Positions 12,201 through 28,575 of a stretch of 64,000 nt of DNA are shown piece after piece (the first letter of the stretch is position 1; each line of letters opens with the position of its first letter). The notes below the pieces were generated by a model, which saw only the letters and a program-made list of their open reading frames with translations, was not told the DNA's origin and did not search any database. Source of the DNA: Microbotryum violaceum (lineage: Eukaryota); assembly GCA_001244265.2 (NCBI GenBank), contig CDLV01000005.1, forward strand, positions 2,914,001 to 2,978,000. The letters are read 5' to 3'. Made by a program: the position numbers and the translations under genes.

Positions 12201-13970
12201 TGATGAACTAATGCTTTTGCTCACTAGTAACACAGACCGCAGCCTATTTCCTCGCCATTGGACTCTTAAGGGAACAGGTCGGAACCCTTGGCGATCTTCA
12301 CGGGAAATGGTTCCTCAGCTTCAAAGTCTCGAATCGCAACTTCAAGACAAGTCTGAGAAGACGAGGGACGATGCGGGTGAGCTACTGAGGAACACATTGC
12401 CCGGCTCTGGTCACATCAGATTGATTCATGTTGTCTGCCCACAGGAACCATCACTCATGTTATTCGAGTGACCCCTCGCTACAAGCATGGAAACGATAGT
12501 GGATACAGTGCTTGTTACGATCGTGTCTTTGTGCACAACTGTGCGCCTATGGGCAAATACCACAAGCATGTCACTTTCAAAGACCGCGCCTGACACTTCC
12601 TCCTCCCTTTCACAATTCTCCGGTTGAGGGGTGTTTTCTCTGTGGTTGTCGAAGGGACTTGCCAACACTCTGCATCGGAGATGAGTTTGAATGGGTGAGT
12701 GGACACGGGAACGGTCCCGTGTCCAGACGTTGGGCTTAGTAGTAGTCTGATATTCCAAATGCTATAGTGCCCTAATAGTGACCAAAACTTGGCGGACCTG
12801 TAGCCTGTCTTGCGGAAACGCTGGTTAACCCCTCTTCAAATCCTTAATCGAGGGTCTCGCGCGTGCCCAGTTTGCTGATTGGCACGAAGTCCGGTAGGTG
12901 CCTTGTATGCGCGTCTAGAGCAGCTTGAACGTAGCAGATGTCATATAACGTCTTCTCTTTACCCTTCTATTGTATTGCATGTGTCTACCACACCCAATTA
13001 CAACGAGAGAATGACCGCAAAGGTTACAAGTAACCCACTAATTACTAATATGTCTGGTAAGTAGTATTTCAATTTACTCATCGATTCCACAATCGTTCTG
13101 GCACCATCTCGGCAGTCCCAGCCCCGTGCCCAGACCGCTGTCAATTCCGGGAACCATCCCAGGATGATAATCATTCCACGGCCAGCCCGCGGGCGTCCCG
13201 ACCCCGTCCCAGACCCATCCTCAAAATACAACCCCCTTTTTGCAAGTTGCCTTACTTCCAAATTCTTTCGATTTGGCGAGATCGCCATTCACCCAATTTA
13301 CTTTCGTCGACTCGCTGCATCACTTTCCATGCGACGAGGCAGTTTGCGCCGACCAAGCAAAAGCTAGAAGTAGCATCGAAGAAAGTATGGTTGACAAAAA
13401 AGTTCCTGCTCGGGATGACACCGGGAAAGTTCTGATTGATGACGGAGCCTGAGTGCGAGAGTCGGAGAGGGTGGCGGTGGCTAAATGCATTTCTTGTCCT
13501 TACGGTGTTTCATACACCGAGCGCATTGGGCCGAGTCATCGGCCAAACGTCCCTCGTTCGAGCCGATGAACGAGTGACGGCACCAAGGTCTTGTAGGCTG
13601 GCAGTTGTCTCCGACCATACCTGCATTTTTGAATCACACCTCCAATCGGTTTGGTGACGGTGCAGACTCTCTTATTGGACACCGCAATCCATCGAGCATT
13701 GCTGATCACCGTGACTCAGGGGCAACTCTCTTACTTCCTGATCTTGAGTGACTTTTTGAGACAATCGAATGCATACTTTCAGGAGATGATACTGACTTGA
13801 CATGTATGAATAAGGAGATGTGAATGATTGGCTCGCGAGGGCAGGCCGGAATAAATAACGGATGGGCAACGCGGTGTCACACTCCCAGGCTGACGAGAAT
13901 GAGCGGCGCCCAGGGAGCGATCCAATCGATCCGATCAAGGCACGTCTATAAATGCGAAGGAGAGTGTTGC

Positions 13971-16965
<2,995 letters not shown>

Positions 16966-17497
16966 TGCTTGATTATTGGGAGTCAGGTCGAGGGTGAGAC
17001 CGGGAGGGACAGGGAGAGGGCCTTTCTCCGCCCCCTGAAGCCCGGAGACGCAAGGCGAGGCGCTCAAACACGGCAGACTCACTTGTCAGCACCAGTTCAA
17101 AGACATCTCAGTGTGAGACCAGATGGCTTCAGAATTGGAAGCCTCTCGGTCGGTGCCCCGCAAGCCCCAACAATTGGGTCACTACACTGGCACAGGCATT
17201 TAAAACCCGGTGCAAAGACTCGTTCAACATGAAGTTGCACGGAAACCTAAACAGGTCTTTAAATTTACTTCGCCGTCTGCTAGTTCTACTTGGTCGTACG
17301 TTTCCGACCTTTCCCCTGTCCGGTTTCGTCCGAGAACTCTTTCCCGAGAACTCTTGGTCGAAGTGTTGCATCCGCAATTGAGTCTTGTGGACATACTAGT
17401 AAACTCAACCCCGCCGCCCCCAAGAAATTATGCTACAGTTCAGTCACACATCGCGACTTCCCTGAGCACCGCCGGTGCCCATCCACAAAAAAAGGAC

Positions 17498-17581
17498 CGA
17501 CCCTTGCCGGGATTGAACCGACGATATCCTCCTTGCAGCAAAAGCCGGAGGGAGGTGGGTTAACCACTTCCCCAAAGGGCC
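17498..17581 (-). tRNA. tRNA-Arg(CCG) with short intron
   Basis: GGCCCTT/AAGGGTC acceptor stem, D arm GGG-AAGTGGTTAA-CCC, CCTCC/GGAGG anticodon stem with CT-CCG-G plus ~11-nt intron, GTCGG-TTCAATC-CCGGC T arm, downstream T7 terminator. Confidence 0.85.
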
Positions 17582-17636
17582 TTAACTCCTCTGTGACCGA
17601 GGCGGCTTTATTAAAAGCCTTTTCTCGCTCCCTTGT

Positions 17637-17819
17637 GAGCAACCGCTTGGCTAGGGCATTTGAATCCGAATCTCGGATTGGTGGACTTGGCTCGTTTCTC
17701 GCACTTTTGCGGGCGGTTTGTGTTATCATCGTAGTCTTCCATCTAGTTTTTTTCCGTAGGCCAAAACAGGGGGAACAGGAACTGGGGGCAATATGATGAA
17801 CGTTTTCTACAAAAAAAAA
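17637..17819 (+). mobile_element. LINE family A 3' tail only (unit 1)
   Basis: Near-identical to 19991-20162, ends TTTTCTAC-A9. Confidence 0.9.
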
Positions 17820-18044
17820 GTCGTTCTTGGGACGTGAAGCGGCAGCAGTACTCACCGCCCGTTGGAGTCCGCGTTAGGTGCTCGGCGGGTTTTGATCTGC
17901 GCAGCGCTCTTTGCGCGCAGGGGTTTGACTTTCACCCAACTGCTTGCCGTCGTTGCTTTATAACCTCCTTTAGCCTTTTTGTAGCGGTCCCAGCCAACCC
18001 GAAGGATTGCAATTTATGAGCCCCAGTCAAAAAAAAAAAAAAAA
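17820..18044 (+). mobile_element. LINE family C 3' tail only (unit 2)
   Basis: Near-identical to 28359-28563, ends CCCCAGTC-A16. Confidence 0.9.
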
Positions 18045-20179
18045 TCGTTCGCTCGTCGTCAAGGCCGCAGGCGAGTCGCTCGAGTGGATCGGCCTCCCCT
18101 TCGACCCGAGCGGCGACACCGAACTCGCCTACGCGAATCTCATCGAACGCCTCGAGGCGACGCTGGAAGGGGTTCAGCATCGCTGGCTCACACACCACAC
18201 CCGTGCCTTTTACGTCAATCGGTACGCCATCCCCAAGATCCTGCACTTCCTTGCAGCCGACATCCCGCCGCCCGAAGTCGTCAAGAAGCTCGATGACATG
18301 CTCGTCGATTTCGTCCGTGGGGGCAAGGGCAGGACCAGCTACGGCAGAGATATCGTGTTCACAGCCAAGCTCAAGGGGGGACTCGGGGTGATCAGGATGC
18401 AGGACGTCGTGGACGCGGTTGCGGCACGGATCTGGGACGTTCTTCTCGGCGGTTCGGGCGCGATCTGGCAAGGACTTGCGCGCGTGGCACTCCAGCGAGC
18501 TCAGTCCGACCTCGACCTGGCCACCGATCTCTGGCCACATCCATCCACTCCCATCCCCAGCGACCTCCATCCCCGATGGCGAGCAGCATTGGGGGTTCCG
18601 AAACAGCAAGACGCGCAGGTCAACCCGAGGACCTTGACCACCGCGAACCTGCTCGCGCTTCCCACCTTGCTCGGCAGCCTCCACACCCCCATCAGAGGGA
18701 GACAGACCATCGACGCGGTTCATATACCTGACTACCTTCGTCTCCAGGGCTACCCGAAGGTGGCGGATCTCTACCGGCGCGAGTTGTATGCGGGTGGGGG
18801 GTTTCACCTTTGGACGCCGCCGGCGGATGTGCTCGGCGACAACAGCGAGTACGATCGACGCGGGCTCCCGCAGCGACTGGCAATCGCGGCCTGGTACCGG
18901 TTCACTGTCGATCGACACAAGAACACGCCCTTGGCGGTGGCGGTGGCGGCAGGACGGCTCAACGTGCCTCCCCGGATCGGCACCAGCGCACCGCAGCCGG
19001 ACGACCTCAGGAGCTTTTGGAAGGCGGTCAACTCGAAGGCACTGACGGCGAGGGAGAGGGAAGTTTGGTTCAAGCTGATTCTCCGCTTCACCCCGACGCG
19101 CAAGCTGCAACACCAACAGAATCACGACACTTCTCCCGCGTGCCTCGTCTGCGAGGCGCCGGTGGACGACACCGACCACTACTTTTTCGACTGCGTTGAC
19201 TCTGGGAACGTTTGGATCGCGGCAAGGAGCGTGCTCTGCGACGCACTGGGGCTCGACACGATCGACAACACGCATTACACGGCTGTTCAACGCATGTTCG
19301 GACTTCCGAAGCTCAAGGCCAGTCTACGCGATCAAGAAGGAGCGGGGAGGACGATCGAAATATTCACCGGGCTGGTCTTGGAGATGATCAGCAGCGGGAG
19401 GTGGGGGATGCAGAAGTGGGGACGAAGATGGAGGGTGTTGTGAGGAGGAGGATCATCTTGGAGGAGAGGTTGAAGCTGAGGGCGGGAGGAGCTTGGGGGA
19501 GGAGAGGGCAGTAGAGGCTGGGTTCGACTTTCCCCCCACCACCACCACACACACACACCAAATTCTCGTGACATCATTTTCTCCTACTGTACACTAAATA
19601 GATCGCTTTCATCTTTCATTTGTTACAGGTTCACCGTTGCGGATCATGGACCATCTCGCGATTTGGCGTCGACTCGGTGTGGCTCGCGCTCTTCGGCTTC
19701 GGGGTTCTGAGTCAAGGGAGGGATCAGCGGACACAGGCAGAAAGTCGGCTTTGAGGGGCCAGGGACTGCTGATGGGGGAGGTTTTGAGGGACCTTCACCG
19801 CGTCTTGTTGTGACTGAGCAGAGACTTGGAGCGTCGAGGGTCGTGGTGGTTGCGCAGTCGTGCTCTTGTCTTCGTCTCGACCGAGTGGGAAGTGGCTGTG
19901 GGGTGGGCCTTCTGTCGTTAGTACTTTTCTTTTCTTTCTCTTTTTTTTTCTCTTCATCTCTCTTTCTCTCTCTCATTAGTCTCCTGGGGGGAGCAACCGC
20001 TTGGCTAGGGCATTTGAATCCGAATCTCGGATTGGTGGACTTGGCTCGTTTCTCGCACTTTTGCGGGCGGTTTGTGTTATCATCGTAGTCTTCCATCTAG
20101 TTTTTCCGTAGGCCAAAACAGGGGGAACAGGAACTGGGGGCAATATGATGAACGTTTTCTACAAAAAAAAAAAAAAAAA
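18045..20179 (+). mobile_element. LINE family A, 5'-truncated (ORF2 C-terminus plus 3' UTR; unit 3)
   Basis: KGGLGVI thumb-region motif, CLVC..DDTDHYFFDC zinc motif; start matches 39430-39615; poly(A) tail. Confidence 0.9.
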
Positions 20180-20196
20180 TCTACAAAAAAAAAAAA

Positions 20197-23100
20197 GCGA
20201 ACACCCACGACGCTCTCTCCAAGCTTGTGAACGAGCGAGCAAGGCAGTCCCGGATCAGGGCGCACGTTCCCGAGATTGCATCCGAGGAACGTCTCAGTCG
20301 TCCGGTACATGCCAAACTGGCTGCTCGGTCCCGCGATGTGAAGTTTCAGAGTATCCGGCTCGCTGATGGCGAGCTCACCACTGACATGGAGCGCACGCTC
20401 GAGCACACCCATTCTCATTTCCAGCAGCACTACCTTGTCGAAGCGAAGGATCCGGAACAGGTCGTGACGATGCGGGATGAGCTCTTGGGACCCATCAGAT
20501 CAGCAAGACCTTGTGACGACCCGCTTTCCGACGCTCGCTTCCTTCGGCGCTTCTCGAATTCGCACGTCGACATTTTGGCCGAGCCCATCAGCGAGGCCGA
20601 GGTGCTCGCAGCGATTCGAACCACGCACGAAGGTCGATCTCCGGGTCCTTCAGGGGTCCCCTATGAGATGTATCGAGCCTGCCCCCTGCTTTGGGCCCCT
20701 CTCTTGACTCGAGCCTACAACGAGCTGATTACTCGAGGCTCCCTTACTCCACAACAGAGCCAGGCCAATGTGCGCCTCTTGTTCAAACACAACAAACCTG
20801 GTGCAGCGCGGTGCGACCTCAAATCGTATCGTCCGATCACCTTGCGGGAATGCGACTACAAGATCTTCACCAAGGTCTACGTGGCTCGTCTGAACCGGAT
20901 CCTCCCCGATGTTCTTCCGGCCGGACAGCATGGGTTCGTCAAGGGGCGAAGACCAGCGGACGCGGCTTTGCATCTGCGGCTCCTGATCGATGAGATTAGG
21001 GGTCGTGGGGCAGAGTTCCCGACAGCAGCGCTCCTCTCCCTGGATCAGAGCTCGGCTTACGACATGGTCGAGCACGATTGGTTCTTTGCGGTGTTTGAGG
21101 CTCTCGGCGCGCCGGAACCTTTCCAGCGCGTCTTGCGGATGCTCTACAACGGCGAGACGTCCACAGCGCGGTACATTGTCAACGGTTTCCTCACCGAGAC
21201 GGTGCGACTCCTGTGCGGTCTTGGCCAGGGCGATCCTCTCTCTTCTTCTGTCTGGGATGTGGTATTCCAACCCTTCCTTGATTCTCTCAGTCGACGCAAC
21301 ATTGCGCTGACTATCACTCTTCCGGAGCTGGCTCATCGTCCGCAGACTCGATGCATCACCAATTTGGCGTTCGCGGATGACGCCGTCGTCGCTGTTGCTG
21401 GGCCGGAAGCTATTGCTTCGCTCGAGGCGCTAGCTCGGGATTGGCGACTCGCGACAAACGGACGTCTAAACACCGACAAAACTGTGGTGATGCCATTGGG
21501 CGCGACGTTGTGGGATCGCGCGGACTTGTCCAAACTGTCGTTCGTGGCACCGGACGAGTCTCTTCCCTGGATCGGTCTCCAGTTTGCGCCTGACGGCAAC
21601 AACAGGCTGGGATTCCATGATCTTGAGCGAAGGGTTGATCGAGTGATTCTATCGGTGCGCGACCGATGGATGACGCACCATACCCGGGCTTTCTATCTTA
21701 ACCGCTACGGCATCTCCAAGGTGCTGCACTCTCTCTCCGCCGACATCCCGCCATCCGACGTGATCAAGTCGATCGAGCGCAAGCTTGCTGACTTTGTGAA
21801 GGGAGGCCCGCGGCGCAGCGACTACAAGCAATCGGTCGTCTTCACGGCACGGGCGCGAGGCGGTCTCAGCGTCGTGAGCATCCAGGATGTGGTGGATTCA
21901 GTCTCGGTACGGATCTGGGATGTGCTGGCCGGCGGGTCAACTGCGATTTGGGGCGATCTGGCTCGGAGTTCCATCCGGCGAGCGCTTCCGACCTTTGACT
22001 TTGCTGCGGATCTGTGGACGTGGAGGAACGCCGACGCACCCCGGGAGCTACATCCCGCTGGCGAGCGGTGCTCTCGGTCGCTGAACGCTACCCTGCCGTC
22101 GTCGATCCTGCCAAACTTTCGGTCTCCAATCTTCTTTCTCTTTCCCCCCTCCAACCGGGTCTGCATGACTCGCGGGCGTTCTCGGAGCAGGATAAGCGTT
22201 TGGCGAAGCATTTCAGTTTCGAACGCACCATCGCTGACATCTATGCTCGAGCTCAATACCCCGCAGCTCCAACGGTGCCCTGGACCCCTGAGAAGCATCC
22301 CCAAGGCGACGGCTCGGAGCTGTCCAACCTTTGGCAATGGAAGCGCGATCAAGTCCAGGCGTGGATCCAGGTCGCAGGCGATCGCTTCATCCCGCCGCTT
22401 CCGCCTCCTGTTCCCGTCCTCGCACGTCGACCACCCGTCATTCGTGTCGTTGGAGCACCTGGAGCCCGGGCCGGCGGTCCCCTCGAGCACATCTTGCCCA
22501 GAGCGACTCCGGTCGGCATGCCTGATCAAAGACTTCCCCTCCCCTCCGCCACCTTGCTTGCTAATCAGTGGAGAATGTTGAGCTTGGACAGACCCTACAC
22601 CATTGCGCGACTTCGACGCGTCATCAACCATCGACGTTTCGACGACACACAACGCCCTGGATCACTCGCCACACCCAAAGAAAGGCGACTCTTCTGGGGT
22701 GGTTCCACACCGGGCCCGCCACGGCCCGCGAGCGCGAGGTGCACTTCAAGCTGGCGTACCACTTCACGCCAACGCGGAAGCGCCAGTTTGTGCAGCGGCA
22801 TGACGACTCGGCCTGCTGCCTTGTGCAGGCATGCAGCCTGGCAGGGGTGGAGGATGACTTTACTCACTTTTGGCATGATTGCCCTGACTCTTCTCAGTTT
22901 TGGCAAGCAGCTAGGTCCATTATCTGCGACGCGCTGGGGGTCGTGTCGATCCTCGACCTCGACTACACGGCACTTCAGATCGAGCACGGCCTCCCTCGAC
23001 TGCGCGCTCGCCTTCCGACGTCGAAAAAGCGTCCAATCCGCGCCTTCATTGCGCTGGCGCTCGACACTCTCAGCAACCGACGCTGGGATCTCCATCGCCA

Positions 23101-24567
23101 CGCCAGAGCGATGTCGAGCATGGACAAGGAGATGGCGGGACTGAAGGAGAGGTTGGACCTCAGATTGGCGCGATGAAGTAGATGTCCCTCCCTCCCTATC
23201 CAAGCAAAAACCAAACCCCCAAAAAATCACAAGTCCCTTTTCCCTCCTTCTCAATCTCCAAAATGTCTCCCAAACACGCCAGAATACTGAACCTGTTTTC
23301 TCTCGCTCTTTTTGCCATTCCTCCTCATAGGCTTTCGTACTCCCCAGGAGCCTCGGGTTCTTTGCGCCGGCGGGCATTGTCGCCCTTGGTTCGAGCTTCT
23401 GCCACATCACGATGACACACAGCGAAAACGGATCCCCTTGGCCCTCTCCTGGACTATACCGTGAGTTTTCCACTCCTCTCAAGGGCCGGGTCTGTCTTCT
23501 CTTTCGGTCGAGCGACCCCGTGATCTCCTGTTCAAGGCCGGCACAAACTGCCTGCGTGGCTCGCCTCTCCTTGCTTTGCTGCTCGCTCGGAGTCGCGGCC
23601 GCGCGGCGGGTGACTCGGGTACCGAACCGCCATACACATCCACACTCGAGCGAGGTCCCACCCAATGACATCACCGTCGTGGGCCTCATGCTCCTTCTTT
23701 CCCCAGTATCTGCGGTGATTGGGAACCACCTGCACGTACAAGGGGACTCGAGTGTGCGTTCCGAGATTGGGAGTACGCCGCAGGGAAGCGAGGCCCCTGC
23801 GGAAGGTATACCCCGCCCTTGTCTCCAGCCGCGCGCCGGTGTTGACGGCCACCCGCCCGCGCTGCAGACCGAGGCGTGTCCAATGGACTGTCACATGCTC
23901 CGTGACTTTCCCCGGAAATCTCTGGATTGTGTGTCTTTGTGCGAAGTAGGCCTGTTTCGCAGTTGCAGTCATTGAAATGGGGGTGATCTGGGGTCGTGCG
24001 GTCGCGAGGGGGGCCGACTTTGGTAACCGAAAAGGGGTTTTGGAATCCGCGGTGGAGATCCAGCGCAGACGGGTACAAGGGGTATGTGATTGCTGCGGTC
24101 GCAGGGGGTTACATTCCCCCTTTGGACCACGTGAATCATTTGGATTGAGCGGGATGTTTGTGCCATCGGAGGCCTTGTTCGACGCGTCTCAAAGAATTAA
24201 GGGGCTTCAAGGAGTATGGCGGTCTCAGGGGGGGCTGAAGTCAAAAGATCGAAGAAGGTTCAACTGTACGACTATAATCGGATTCGCCTGTACAACACAT
24301 GTACCATCACCAACGACTCATCCATCTTTTCCCGATTCCTTGTGTATAATCTTCAACCTTCCTTTCATTCGTCTCTGGGAGGGAGCAACCGTGGGTGGGG
24401 GGGACTTGAACTCGGATGTATCGGGTTGGTCTGTTCTGCTAGTTACAACGCATCAAGCGGCGGTTGTGGTCATCATCGTGCATGCTGGGTAGCATCTCCT
24501 TTAGTTCCATAGGGGGTTTTCTCGTCTTGCAAATTAACGATGAGTTTCATACAAAAAAAAAAAAAAA
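20197..24567 (+). mobile_element. LINE family B, 5'-truncated, RT domain through long 3' UTR (unit 5)
   Basis: [52 protein letters not shown]-terminal C..C..HFWHDC; frameshifts near 22060 and 22700. Confidence 0.92.
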
Positions 24568-24989
24568 GTAGCTGGGGCTTGGCTGCGGCCTGTTAGTCCC
24601 TGGGGACCTCTACCTCCGGCTTCGACCCCCTCCCTTGGCCCCTCGGGTGTGTTCCCCTCCTCTCTGTCTTAGTATTCCTGGTTCTCCGTATCCCCAGTCG
24701 TGACTTTCTGTATACTCTCCCCCTTCTTTCTCTAGGCGCTCTTGCCTGGTTTTCGAGTATCTTTGCTCCCGCTCTTGGGACGTGAAGCGGCAGCAGTACT
24801 CACCGCCTGTTGGAGTCCGCGTTAGGGGCTCGGCGGGCTTTGATCTGCGCAGCGCTGTTTGCGCGCAGGGGTTTGACTTTCACCCAACTGCTTGCTGTCG
24901 TTGCTTTATAACCTCCTTTAGCTCTTTTTGTAGCGGTCCCAGCCAACCCGAAGGATTGCAATTTATGAGCCCCAGTCAAAAAAAAAAAA
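24568..24989 (+). mobile_element. LINE family C 3' UTR fragment (unit 6)
   Basis: Matches 28156-28563 plus poly(A). Confidence 0.9.
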
Positions 24990-26834
24990 TGCGAGGTGCA
25001 CTTCAAGCTGGCGTACCACTTCACGCCAACGCGGAAGCGCCAGTTTGTGCAGCGGCATGGCGACTCAGCCTGCTGCCTTGTGCAGGCATGCAGCCTGGCA
25101 GGGGTGGAGGATGACTTTACTCACTTTTGGCATGATTGCCCTGACTCTTCTCAGTTTTGGCAAGCAGCTAGGTCCATTCTCTGCGACGCGCTGGGGGTCG
25201 TGTCGATCCTCGACCTCGACTACACGGCACTTCAGATCGAGCACGGCCTCCCTCGACTGCGCGCTCGCCTTCCGGCTTCGAAAAAGCGCCCAACCCGCGC
25301 CTTCATTGCGCTGGCGCTTGACACTCTCAGCAACCGACGCTGGGATCTCCATCGCCACGCCAGAGCGATGTCGAGCATGGACAAGGAGATGGCCGGACTG
25401 AAGGAGAGGTTGGAGCTCAGACTGGCACGATGAAGTAGACGGCGCTCCCTCCCTACCCAAACCAAAACCAAAAAAAAAAAAAAAAAAAAATCAAAAAATC
25501 ACAAGTCCCCTTTCCCTCTTTCTCAATCTCTCCACTGTCTCCCAAAAACGCCAGCATACTGAACCTGTTTTCTCTCGCTCTTTTTGCCATTCCTCATCAT
25601 AGGCTTCCGTACTCCCCAGGAGCCTCGGGTTCTTTGCGCCGGCGAGCATCGTCGCCCTTGGTTCGAGCTTCTGCCCCATCACGATGACACACAGCGAAAG
25701 CGGATCCCCTCGGCCCTCTCCTGGACTACGCCGTGAGTTTTCCACTCCTCTCAAGGGCCGGGTCTGTTTTCTCTTTCGGTCGAGCGACTCCGTGATCTCC
25801 TGTTCAAGGCCGGCACAAACTGCCTGCGTGGCTCGCCTCTCCTTGCTTTGCTGCTCGCTCGGAGTCGCGGCCGCGCGGCGGGTGACTCGGGTACCGAACC
25901 GCCATACACATCCACACTCGAGCGAGGTCCCACCCAATGACATCACCGTCGTGGGCCTCATGCTCCTTCTTTCCCCAGTATCTGCGGTGATTGGGAACCA
26001 CCTGCACGTACAAGGGGACTCGAGTGTGCGTTCCGAGATTGGGAGTACGCCGCAGGGAAGCGAGGCCCCTGCGGAAGGTATACCCCGCCCTTGTCTCCAG
26101 CCGCGCGCCGGTGTTGACGGCCACCCGCCCGCGCTGCAGACCGAGGCGTGTCCAATGGACTGTCACATGCTCCGTGACTTTCCCCGGAAATCTCTGGATT
26201 GTGTGTTTTTGTGCGAAGTAGGCCTGTTTCGCAGTTGCAGTCATTGAAATGGGGGTGATCTGGGGTCGTGCGGTCGCGAGGGGGGCAGACTTTGGTAACC
26301 GAAAAGGGGGTTGGACTCCGCGGTGGAGATCCAGCGCAGACGGGTACAAGGGGTATGTGATTGCTGCGGTCGCAGGGGGTTACATTCCCCCTTTTGGACC
26401 ACGTGAATCATTCGGATTGAGCGGGATGTTTGTGCCATCGGAGGCCTTGTTCGACGCGTCTCAAAGAATTAAGGGCCTCAAGGAGTATGGCAGTCTCAGG
26501 GGGGTCTGAAGTCAAAAGATCGAAGAAGGTTCAACTGTACAACTATGATCGGATTCACCTGTACAACACATGTACCACCACCAACATTTCTTCCATCGTT
26601 TCCAGATTCCCCGTGTATTATCTTCAATCTTCCTTTCATTCGTCTCTGGGAGGGAGCAACCGTGGGTGGGGGGACTTGAACTCGGATGTATCGGGTTGGT
26701 CTGTTCTGCTAGTTACAACGCTTCGAGCGGCGGTTGTGGTCATCAACGTGCATACTGGGCAACATCACCTTTAGTTCCGTAGGGGGTTTCTCGTCTTGCA
26801 AATTAGCGATGAGTTTCATACAAAAAAAAAAAAA
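24990..26834 (+). mobile_element. LINE family B, 5'-truncated (unit 7)
   Basis: Highly similar to 22734-24567; poly(A) tail. Confidence 0.9.
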
Positions 26835-26997
26835 TGTGCTCGGCGGGTTTTGATCTGCGCAGCGCTCTTTGCGCGCAGGGGTTTCACTTTCACCCAACTG
26901 CTTGCCGTCGTTGCTTTATAACCTCCTTTAGCTCTTTTTGTAGCGGTCCCAGCCAACCCGAAGGATTGCAATTTATGAGCCCCAGTCAAAAAAAAAA
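26835..26997 (+). mobile_element. LINE family C 3' tail (unit 8)
   Basis: Matches 28412-28563 plus poly(A). Confidence 0.9.
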
Positions 26998-28575
26998 GTG
27001 TTATTTCGGTTCCCAGGGAGGGAGGATCGTGTCAAGCGTTTCCGTGATGGGACTTCTCAGAGCGATAGGAAGCGCTTCTGGAGATGGCTTCATGACCGGT
27101 TTGCGTCTGCTGTGGAGCAGGACACCCACTGGCGGCTCATGTACGACGTGACGCCGACGCGCAAGAGGCAGCATACTCAGGGTCATGCCTCTTCGCCGAC
27201 GTGTCTGTTCTGCGGCAACGATGCAGCGGTCATCGAGACGGTGTCGCACTACTTCTTCGAGTGCGCGTACTCGACCAGCTTCTGGGGTGGGGTGCTTCGC
27301 ATTCTGTTCGACAAGCTGGGCATCGAGGATACCGACGTCGATCCGTCGACGTTCACTCCGGAGCAGCTGACTATGGGGCTCCCCTTTTGCGGGGTCGTGG
27401 GAGAACGACCTCGAGATGGATGTGGGTTCGGCTGGCCTGCGCGATCGGCTTCCAGCGGCTGCACCTGCTCCGCTGGCGCGTTCATCAGCGGTTCGAGCTG
27501 GACAAGGTCGTGGCCCCTCCCTCGCTCCCCAGTGCACTCAGAGCGTTCGAGCGAGATTTTCTCTCTCGAGCGGGTTTTGTTCCTGGGGCTCGAGATTGGG
27601 AGGTGTGATGACCGAGTTAAGTCCTTCCTTCCCATTTTCCTCCCTCCTTTCCTCCCTTCTTTTTCGGAGGTCGACTTCTCTTTCAGAAGCTGACTGTCTT
27701 GAAACTTGTTGCGCAGTGGAAGGCTGCGCACCTCTCCCTCTCTCTCTCTCTCTCTACTTTGCGCAGTAGCGGTTTTCGTTCTTGGATGGATCGGCAAGCC
27801 AGTACGATCGTCTTTGCGTTGGAGGCTTTGTGAAGTTTTTCCCTCTCCTTTCCCCCCCTTTTTCCCTTCCCTTCCTCTTCTCGTTCCTGTTGCTCGGTTG
27901 TTGACTACGCTTCAGCCACTTCTCCTTTACTCCTAAGCCGTGTGTTGGATTCCGTTGAATGGTTCGTTCGTTCGCGTTGGTCAAGATCTACGGCATGGCT
28001 CGGGAAGGAAGGTCGCTCGTTTCTGGTCAATATCCTCCCGTCAACGCGAGGCTCGTTTCGTTGTACTGGATCGCTTTTCTCTCGGCCCCGACGGCTCAAC
28101 AGCCAGCACTCGAGATTCAGCCAAGGGAGGACATCAGGCGCTGTCGGGGTGACGAGTAGCTGGGGCTTGGCTGCGGCCTGTTAGTCCCTGGGGACCTCTA
28201 CCTCCGGCTTCGACCCCTACCTTGGCCCCTCGGGTGTGTTCCCCTCCTCTCTGTCTTAGTATTCCTAGTCCTCCGTATCCCAGTCGTGACTTTCTGTATA
28301 CTCTCCCCCTTCTTTCTCTAGGCGCTCTTGCCTGGTTTTCGAGTATCTTCGCTCCCGCTCTTGGGACGTGAAGCGGCAGCAGTACTCACCGCCCGTTGGA
28401 GTCCGCGTTAGGTGCTCGGCGGGTTTTGATCTGCGCAGCGCTCTTTGCGCGCAGGGGTTTGACTTTCACCCAACTGCTTGCCGTCGTTGCTTTATAACCT
28501 CCTTTAGCTCTTTTTGTAGCGGTCCCAGCCAACCCGAAGGATTGCAATTTATGAGCCCCAGTCAAAAAAAAAAAA
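26998..28575 (+). mobile_element. LINE family C, ORF2 C-terminus plus ~1-kb 3' UTR (unit 9)
   Basis: TPTRKRQH..CLFC..IETVSHYFFEC zinc motif; poly(A) tail. Confidence 0.88.

Noticed and set aside
12200-13700. Short ORFs between the transposase relic and phospholipase copy 2
   Set aside because: No recognisable motif or consistent frame; cannot support a call
22050-22710. Programmed frameshifts in LINE ORF2
   Set aside because: Shifts fall in short C/G homopolymers; decay or sequencing indels are more likely
17932-23689. Long antisense ORFs (452, 276, 364 aa) over the LINEs
   Set aside because: Shadow frames of GC-rich coding sequence with no motifs; the 364-aa frame is not preserved in the second copy
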